Below are positions 55,112 to 64,000 of a stretch of DNA of 64,000 bases, in pieces. How positions within the stretch are numbered: position 1 is the stretch's first letter; the number at the start of each line of letters is the position of its first letter. Both the position numbers and the translations under genes were made by a program. The notes below the pieces were generated by a model that ran no database searches, was not told the origin of the DNA, and saw only the letters and a list, made by a program, of their open reading frames with translations. The DNA is taken from the NCBI GenBank assembly GCA_964106915.2, contig OZ066914.1; one strand, 5' to 3'. The stretch is from Podarcis gaigeae (taxonomy: Eukaryota).

Positions 55112-58100
55112 GTGAGTTGGAGTTGACCTTAAATACTTTTTTCCTTCTCAAAAACAAGCCTCCCCCTGAAGGAGACACCATAAAATGTAACTTTGCAGCT
55201 AAAGCAGTCGGAACATTTTTATTAAAACTCAGGCTTAAAGTTCTTTGATTTGCTACCAAAAAATAAGCATTTAAGCAGCATGTTTTTATTTTTAAAACTG
55301 AAGAGCTGATTAGTGTTTCTTGGACAACTATAATCCTCATCTAATAAGAATTGTGAAAAATCCATTTTAAAACATAATCTTCATAATTAAAGGCATGTCT
55401 CAGTGGGAAGGTCTGTAGTTTGTATCTGGCTTCAATAGAATGAACAGAATGACTGCATGGTTAAAAGAACATAATGCAGGAAATTTTATGTATTACTTAA
55501 TTCTGCCACTATTTGGTTTCCTTGCAAAGACAATGCTTTTTTACTCTTCCTTAACTGTAAGGGGTATATGACTAACATAAACCTGAAAATTTCATGCCAC
55601 AAATTAGTTTGCTTTTCAGGTGCCCACAGGACCCTTGTCTTAGATCACCAATTTCACATGCAGATTCAAAATATTTATGCTGAAATTGGATAAATGAATC
55701 CTCACTTTCAATATTTCAGCTTTCGGGCAGCTGTTTCTGGCATGTTTTCCATGCAAGTGTGGATGTGCTTGGGTAGGGAGAAGCCTATGTATACCATCTT
55801 GAGTGAAGATTATTCAAGTATTTTACCAGGTGTATACTGGGAAAAGTTGCTATCATTTGCTAGGTGGTACTTAGTCTGGCAGGTTTACTATACCAAATAA
55901 TCCCTGAAGTTCATTTTGATTCTACTCTTTAGCAAGGCAGCAAGCCTTCAAAGTACACCAGCTTTTGTTATCATTAGCCAGTGAATCTTCAGCTGCTTCA
56001 CATACCTTTCATTCTAAATATTTAGTTGTGAAACAAAAAATGAGATTTCATTGAGCCAGTAAAGTAGTGTTGAAAGTAGAATGTATTTTTGTTAGATTTA
56101 TTTATAATAGGTTTAGGCAAGTAGCATATTGTCAACTTAATAATCTGCTTTACATTAGGTTATTGTAGCCTTCATTTTTAATAATATCTATGTATATCAC
56201 TTCCTACAAAGTGCAAACTAAAGACTTCTTTTCTGCTCTTTGGCTTGCATGTATGCTAATATTTGTTGAGACCCTGAACAATATTTCACCTATTGACTTC
56301 TGGGTATAATGGTTGCATCCACAGTGAAGACTAATTTTTTTTTTTTAAACTGATTCTGGTGTCCTGAGTTCTCTTGTAATTTCCTTTTGACTAGTTGCTG
56401 TTGTGCTTAAATGAGGGGCAATTATTACCTCGATCTTAGCACTACTGTCATCAGTGCATGATTTACCTAACCTCAGTTTTGTCTTCATTTTAATTTGTAA
56501 ATTTCAACATGGGGAATGCCTAGCTTTTTAACAGTGCTCTAAACATGTGTTCGTCAAATAGGGCTTTCTTTGGAACCGGAAGGAAGGAAGGGTAGGAACA
56601 GGTTGTAAATAATTGCACAGTTCAGGAGCATGAGTGCTGTCATATAATTGAATAATTGGAGCAAACTATTTAGCATACTGCACAATAGCCTTAGCTGAAA
56701 GTAAAGAGACAGGGCTTACTAATATATGAAATAAACCTGAGGCAAGTTAGCCTTTGTTAGCTGATGTAGTGAATTGTAAGAATAATGAAGAACGTAGTGT
56801 AGGATGGAGAGGTTCACATGGGTGATGAAGGGAAGCCTGGCATATACATTTGGAGTTCTCTATTTGTGTGGAAATATAGAACTCCACAGTTGAGTCCACT
56901 GTAGAACAAAATACATATATTGAACTACTTGTGTAATTTGACAGGATTAAAATTGTTGCTTTTCCAATAAGTTGCTCAGGGCAACCTACAGAGAAGTATA
57001 AAACTTGAGATGCATAGGGTACCAGTTTTTCAGTCATTTGACTTATGATCCTGAAGTCTTTTGATATCAACACAGGACTTTTTCCATAGATCAGCATTAC
57101 AGATCCCTTTTTGCATTTTAGAAAAGTTTTATAAAACAACTGGGTGGGTCTGTGTCTGGCAATTTATTATTAAAGTGCCTAAATTTGAACCAGGTCTCTC
57201 TAACTTATATGAGAGAGACATGGGAAGAAATAACTAAAGGGAGGAGAGTTGAGCACACATGAGTCCCGATACGTAGCATTTGTTTTACAAGTAGCTGTGT
57301 GGAATGTCCCACTGGGGAAAATCCTGGGTAGGAGTCCAGTGCCACTTCCTTTTAAGAACTACTCAATTGTATCTAGAGGCCATCTCGCTGGGTATTCAGT
57401 TTCCAATAGAAGCCAGCCAGATGCCTTCATGCCCTGCTTATTTATTTCTCAGAGGCAAAGAATGTTATTTTATTCCCAATATCAAAAGTATACTGTCTCT
57501 AAACATGAAGGTTCCATCTGTCCACTATGAATAGTCTTCCATTTATTTGGTCCCAGACATGTTTCAGTTGTCATTGGTTATAAATGCATGCCACTTTTGT
57601 GACGCTTCATTCTGAGACTTATATCTCACAAAATTTCCCAGTACACTTTCTGGTGTTGGTAAATATGCTGTACTTGTATTATCATTTGCAGCCATTGGAA
57701 AAGCTCATCAGTTCATTTGAGACCAGCATGTATGTGCTCTGGTGGGCTATGTCTAATACAGCTACACTGATGCTGCCTGGTGGGTGGGTGTATGATGGTG
57801 TGGTGCGGTTCTTAATTTAATGGAAAATTCACTGACGTTCACTGATGTGATAGCACTTCCATCGCTGCTTTTAGACTGCTGTTTATGAAAAGCAGCTTGC
57901 ATGAAGGCACTTCAAACCTTGCCTGGCTCTGCAGAGGTGATATTAAAAATAGCCAGAACCATTTAGTAAGGTACTTCACACAACATCTTGCTGAGTGGAG
58001 CAACTTCTGTGTGGTTCTGTTTTGAACATCTACAGTGCTGTATCTAAGTGAATGAATCAGGCTTTTAAGCAAATTAAGGCAAGGCAAGTAAACAAGGTAT

Positions 58101-59783
58101 GTTTCTGTTCTGAACAGCATAAAAGTCATCCCTTTGCCCCTGAGGGTTTTACATCACAAAGCAACATTTTCTGTTCAAATCTGTTTTACTGCCATGATAC
58201 AAACTACCTGCTGGTTTATGGGAAAGTTGTATATACTTTTGGGATAGGTGAGATTACCATTTGTATGAGAAACACTAAATTATTGCAGGCATTGGTTTAT
58301 CTCAGAGGTTACTTAGTGCTTACAGAAACATGTTTTCTGAAAACATCATGACTTTATCCTGAGGAGATCCTGGCAAATGTTGTGATCAGAAACAAAAAAA
58401 TTTGCCATGCTGCTTCCATGGCCATTTCTTTGCCTTCACTAACTAGTACATAATGTATGCCTGGCTTCATCATTTCCATAAGCTTTGAATAGTAACAGGA
58501 AACACTTTTTAATGCATCCTTTCCCATATCAATGAAAAGCTGTTTTCAAGGTCCATTGAAATCAGTTTCTGGTTATCTTGTCTACCTTAGTGGGATTTTG
58601 AAAACTAATACACATCTGCTCATTGTAGCAGTTGCCCTCAGATAAGTGCCTGTCCTGTTTCTTTTTACTAGCCCTTTAAATTTAGAGCGAAAAGTGGCAG
58701 AAGTGTACAACTGTGGGAGCAGTAGCGCAGACAAGGTTGAAGTCGAGCTGGATTGTGTCCTGATGTTCAAAACTTACTAACTAGCATCTCATGTTCCTAG
58801 CATGCAACCAAACAAGCTTTAAGATGAGAGTGCATACATTTTCTTTTGAAGGCCAGCACATTCTGGTGTTTAAAAGTGTTCCAATCTCTTCCTTATTGAT
58901 TATGACTTCTAAAATCTAGAATCCCAGTAACTTTTAATAGCACATAGTTTTTACTGCTGATTTTCCCCTAACGGCTGCAAGTTCTGCATAAGCCTAAAGC
59001 TAGGAAACTAGACCCCTTGGCTTTCTGTGGAAAGGTGTTGCTATAAGCTACTTTAGTCTTCTAATCTAAGGTTCTTCTAACGAAGTTCTCAAGAAACATA
59101 TTTGAGCTATGAACATCTGTACAGACTATTTTGCTTGATGTTTGTAGTGTACGTAATATTACAATAGACAAGAAATCAAATTTCAAATACATGGTATGGT
59201 TGTATTTTTAAATTTAGATGCCTGCCTTTATAGGTTTATTCACCTGTACTATCAAAGCTAATTGAATTGCATAAGGATTAATGAAAATGTTTTTTGGCTT
59301 TGTCGCCTATTTACTGTGGATATAAACAGTTTGAAGTATTGTGAACATCATTTTGTATTGTATGTTGTGAACTTTGTATTGGGGAGAGTTCAATCCTACA
59401 GATGCTGAGTACCCTGATCTTGGCATGTGCAAAACTCTTGTGCTCATTGTGTGATTAGAAATTTCACCATCACTGGATTTTACATGTTAGAGGGTGTGCA
59501 TGCATAAATGTCAAGCAGAATTTGGGCTGCAGTGCTCAGTATGTTGTAGAATTGAACCCTGCCATGAAAATGTCTGCTGTTAAACTTGTTTCATGTTAGG
59601 TTAAAGGCTCAGGTTTTCAGACTGTGTTATTCACATGTTAGTTTGTAAAAACTAAATTGAACTTTATTAAACACTAAATTAATTGAGGCATCCTGTAAAC
59701 TGTAGCTCAGTTTTAGGCTTTTTGTTTGTATTTTTTTCACAAATATATATCTAACCAAGTTCATTTTGAACCTCTTTTAACAG

Positions 59784-60174
59784 CCTTGCTTTGGGTTAGC
59801 CCTCGTTTCTCTTGTGTGGAGGAGAAAGAACCCAAGAGGTTGGGGTTCCTAGTGGCTGAATTTCTAGGGCTTGGCCTGTTCTGAGTTTTCCCTTTGGTAC
59901 CCATGACACACCTATCTTGGCGATGTAGATCTTGGTTGGCCCACAGCTCGATTGGCTAGCACAGGTCAACCTCAGGTTCTAGAGCTGCTTCCGGAGACTG
60001 TGTCCAGTGCTTTCAGGGTCTCTGGTACATCTCCCTGAAGCACATTGCTATGGTCCATTCCTCTGTCCCTCCCATGTAAGGGAGTTCCTCTTGGTCTGCT
60101 AGGCAATTATTGGACAAGCGACTCTTTGCTTAAGGTACCTGCTTATATCATCTGACCACTTGTGGTATGTTGTG
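59784..60174 (+). other. SRSF5A: Putative poison (NMD-inducing) cassette exon in intron 5
   Basis: cctcttttaacag acceptor; phase-0 frame PCFGLALVSLVWRRKNPRGWGS then TAG at 59850-59852; strong GTG|GTAAGT donor at 60174; same intron (SWQ|DLKD) as the known SRSF5 unproductive event. Confidence 0.72.
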
Positions 60175-60762
60175 GTAAGTAGCCTATGGCTATAAAATGT
60201 CAGCTATTCTTTGGGGCACTTTGTAAAGGTTAAGAAATAAGTCATAAACAACTTATTTTAAAATATCTTTTAACACTTAGTTGTGTAGTGTTGCAGCATA
60301 GACTCAATCTCAATTACATTAAATGCAAGTCTCTGTTAAAATAACACTGAGGTTGTGACACGAACTGATGAAAGCAGAAAGGTTGTGTTTCTGCCTTTTC
60401 ACAGCTTGTGACAGAATCTTAGCATTAACTTAATAAAGACATTTGTGTTTAATTTGTATAGACAAGAGGAAGAATGTTTGCAGGCAAACCTTTTAATATA
60501 CAAGTAAACTGAGACTTCATTTATGATCGAATGCTTGCATTTAATAACACCATTTGTGACATAGTTAATATATGTGGTAATCCTTTAAATGGTATGTTAT
60601 ATTGCCATATCTGAGTGATGTGATTAGCTTAATTTTTCTCATTATAGCTGTAATATATGGGAGTTTACTATAATTGTTAGCCATAACAAGGAGACCTGTT
60701 TAAACACGATTTCTTTAGTTCTATGCATCATTTTCTAAGCTGAACTGTGACTTTTACTGCAG

Positions 60763-60836
60763 GATTTGAAAGACTTCATGAGAAAGGCTGGAGAAGTTAC
60801 CTTTGTAGATGCACACAGAAACAATCCAAATGAAGG
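60763..60836 (+). CDS. SRSF5A: SRSF5-like exon 6, DLKDFMRKAGEVTFVDAHRNNPNEG
   Basis: ctgcag acceptor, gtaaga donor, 74 nt. Confidence 0.95.
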
Positions 60837-61228
60837 GTAAGATTTGAACTTTGCACCCAAGGTAGTTAGCTTGATTGGTTCCAAACGCAGTGACAGTGGT
60901 GTTGCAACATACACAGGATCAGTAGAATAAAATGAAGCACTATACTCCTGTGCACTTCTATTTCCAGATTGGTTGCCTAGGCAACCATGCCACATTCTAT
61001 TTGGCTAGGAATAAGTGATCATGTGGAAGTTCGAAGGAAGGTACAAGGAGCTTTATTTCACAATCTGGAATTAAGGGTTTGGGAAATTCACACCATTGTT
61101 TACTATAACACTGTTAATTTGATTATGAGCATTGAAGGAGGGCAGGATCATTGCTCTTCGGTAATCTAAGTAGAAAATAAGCTCTATAATTTTTGAACTT
61201 AAATGTCAATTTTGTTTTGGCTGTGCAG

Positions 61229-61339
61229 TGTGGTGGAGTTTGCATCATCCAGTGACATGAAGAGTGCATTGGACAAGTTGGATGGCAGCGAGTTGAATGG
61301 GCGCAGAATTAAGCTAATTGAAGATCGCAAAAGGCGCAG
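61229..61339 (+). CDS. SRSF5A: SRSF5-like exon 7, [37 protein letters not shown]
   Basis: gtgcag acceptor, gtatgt donor, 111 nt. Confidence 0.95.
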
Positions 61340-62085
61340 GTATGTCACCATATATGAAGATCTGATGGACTTGGCAAGAAACATGGCAATCAGGGCAGAG
61401 GGTGGGAAGCAAGATGTTAGGAAAATGTTGCTGCCCCAAACCTTCTCAAGGTACGATTGAACTGGATCTCTGCCCAAGTATTTCCATGATGGGAGCCACA
61501 GGTAGTGACAAAGAATGCAGGGTGACAACACTTTGTATAAACAAATAATTTCTAAATTTTATAACTTTATGGAGATAGCCAGAGTGATCCCCTCCCCAGG
61601 TTTGCTAGACTCCCACTCCCATAAGCCCCAGCCAGCATGGTCAATTGGCAGGAAAGGGAGATGGAGGACACCACCTTGGCGACCCCAGTGTATTTAGTTA
61701 GAGAAATTAGAATGAGAGAAATTGGAGTACAGACTGAGGGATCTGTATTATGCCTGCTTTCTACACTAAGCAAGCTTGTTTACTGTACAGTGGCACTCAG
61801 ATAGGGATCAAAAAAGAGCCTTGAAATTCTCAAGATTTTTTGTAGACTTTTAAGTATGAGAGGGAGTCAGGGTGAAAAAGCTACTTTGGGCTGCAACATT
61901 GCCTGTTGGATGAACAGAAGTCAAAAGTTCCATGTTTCTCTACCGTTAGAGGAGAAATACCACTATAGATGGCATTTTAAAAGACTGCCCAGTTGTGTAG
62001 TGTGAATATGCAAGACTGGATACAAAAAAAGATACTTATGAATACTGGATATAGACTGTCATAAGATCTGTTCATTCTTTATCAG

Positions 62086-62335
62086 AAGCAGATCCCGTTC
62101 ACGGAGTTATTCAAGATCTCGCAGCAAGTCTAGATCTGCAAGATCTTCCAAGTCAACAAGCAAGTCTCGTTCTCGAAGCCGTACCCCTGAAAAGAGAGGC
62201 TCTCGAAGCCGCACACCTGAAAGGAAGGGCTCAGAGAAAAACCACCACTCCGGCCCGCAAAATTCCTCTCCATCTCCTCCCCCAGCCAAGAAAAGGTCTC
62301 GCTCTAGGTCGAGCTCTGCTGAAAGCCGCAGTTAA
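62086..62335 (+). CDS. SRSF5A: SRSF5-like exon 8 CDS, RS domain SRSRSRSYSRSRSKSRS...SRSSSAESRS*
   Basis: tatcag acceptor, RS dipeptides, TAA at 62333-62335; total CDS 798 nt. Confidence 0.93.
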
Positions 62336-62504
62336 GGTATTTTGAGAGGTGTATAAATATTTCATTTCTAAGTCAAATTTTCTACAAGCCTGAATAAGAT
62401 GCAAATGGGGGTGGGGGGAGGGACAATTCATCAGGTGAGCATAGACCTCTGAAGAGAGTATGTAAACTTGCCCTCTTTATAGAGTTAGATAAATTGTAAC
62501 CAAT

Positions 62505-63660
62505 AATAAAAGCAATTTAAATCGGCAAATTATAATTACCCACATGTACTATGTACTTCTCTAGGTGAAGCCTTACTGACTCAAGCAGTACACATATGGG
62601 AGTTTTGTTCTTATTGTTGAATATGATAAATTTAAGACATGGACTGTGGTGCCACTTTTCAGAGTCCTTTGGCTGTGCTTCTTATTTGCACATAGAATAT
62701 ATTCTAGTTAACATTGAATAAATCACCATGGATAGTTCAGCTGACTATTAACATGCTGTTTTGAAAAGTCCCATGCAACTTCCCAATATACAGTTATCCT
62801 TTAGTAGTGCACATGTGGGTATCTGAATTGTGAAGGAATAATTTTTCCTTATTCTTAACGAGTATTTACATTTAAAGTAGCAAGCCAGGGAATGTGTTTT
62901 AATGTGTTATCTGGTTAAGCAGATGCTGCTGTGAAATTTTTAATGCTACTTTAGAGTAAGGTCTAGTCAAGAAGTACATCTTCCACACCAAATTTTATCT
63001 GGACAGGGTACAACGTTTCATAACCCACTTCATGATATAAAAAAATCAAAACGTAACGGATACTTTAATGCAGCAACTTAGAGTATTTAACCTGGCAATC
63101 TTGCCAAGGCATTGTTTTACAGAGATACCCTTTGTGAAATAAAAATACACCAGTTTTACTGAAGTTATTATTTTAATATTACAAAGAGAGCGACCAGAGT
63201 GTGACACTTAAATACTGCAGGTACATGTAGTATCAGAAGCAGTAAATTGTCAGATTTAATAGGGGAAGGTTATTTTCAAACTGTCAAAACAAATTTCCAG
63301 TCAAGCTTTATGTAATGTGAATTTATTAATGCTAAAGTGTAAAAGGGCATTTTCCTTAGGTTTACAAAACATGATTTTGTTTTTGTTAGTAAGTAGTACT
63401 CTGTTAATCTTTAACAACTTTGTGATCACTAAACTATCTGGCTTCCACATACCTAAATGAGGGAATCTGCTTCAAATATTTGTAAACTGAACCCTAAAAT
63501 GTTTAAATGTATTGGTGTGATACAGTAAATACAATAAATGTTTCTCCCCTGCTTACTGCAGCTTCAGCGGTCTTTCTGTGTTGCTCATTAAAGCTAAGTT
63601 TGTAAACTTTTTTCTTTGTTAGCAACAGTTTTATTTTCAATAAAATTGATACATAATAAA
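62505..63660 (+). terminator. SRSF5A: Several candidate poly(A) signals in the SRSF5-like 3'UTR
   Basis: AATAAA at 62505, 62717, 63138, 63533, 63639 and 63655. Confidence 0.6.
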
Positions 63661-64000
63661 ATGTTACTTTGTTGGATCATTGTTCAGACTCATTACCAAA
63701 CAGAGTTACTCCTCTCCAGTGTTTATTTCCATTATCTTGGATTAAATAATTTTGAAAGATTAGGGGAGGTGTGTTTATCCGTGTAAGAAAAATACTTGCT
63801 TATAATAATTGAGTCCCAGCCTGAATACCCATAACACTCCAGGATTAACTTTTTTTAAAGTGCTCTGTTTGTTATACACACTACAGGAAACTCATTTTTT
63901 ACCAGTATCTCAGTTTATGGCTATAGACATCTGCATGTAACACATGAGCTAGTGAATGCATCGTGACATCTCTCTCTTACCATTTAAAAGCACTTTATGG

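Overview
Vertebrate genomic DNA from a squamate reptile, probably a lacertid lizard (Sauria SINEs, a tRNA/CR1-tailed POM-like SINE and many reptile MITEs). The window holds two + strand genes. (1) ACTN1 (alpha-actinin-1), exons 4-21 and 3'UTR (4644 to about 40460); exons 1-3 lie upstream of the window. It carries both mutually exclusive exon pairs: 8a/8b in CH2 (8b is missing from the ORF track) and 19a non-muscle/19b smooth-muscle in EF-hand 1. (2) A complete SR-protein gene (CpG-island promoter near 45.9-46.5 kb, 7 coding exons 47291-62335, 798 nt, 265 aa). From recalled sequences it resembles the fish/bird SRSF5a paralogue more than mammalian SRSF5, and it has a poison exon in intron 5. Introns contain two solo LTRs, SINEs, hAT- and Tc1/mariner-type MITEs, microsatellites and one 150-N gap. 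I found no new multi-gene system. The most interesting signals are hidden RNA-processing features: intact ACTN1 exon 8b, the poison exon(s), long AG-exclusion zones, an LTR that could give ACTN1 an alternative C-terminus, and a substitution in the vinculin-binding helix. Comparisons with other species are from memory, not from searches.
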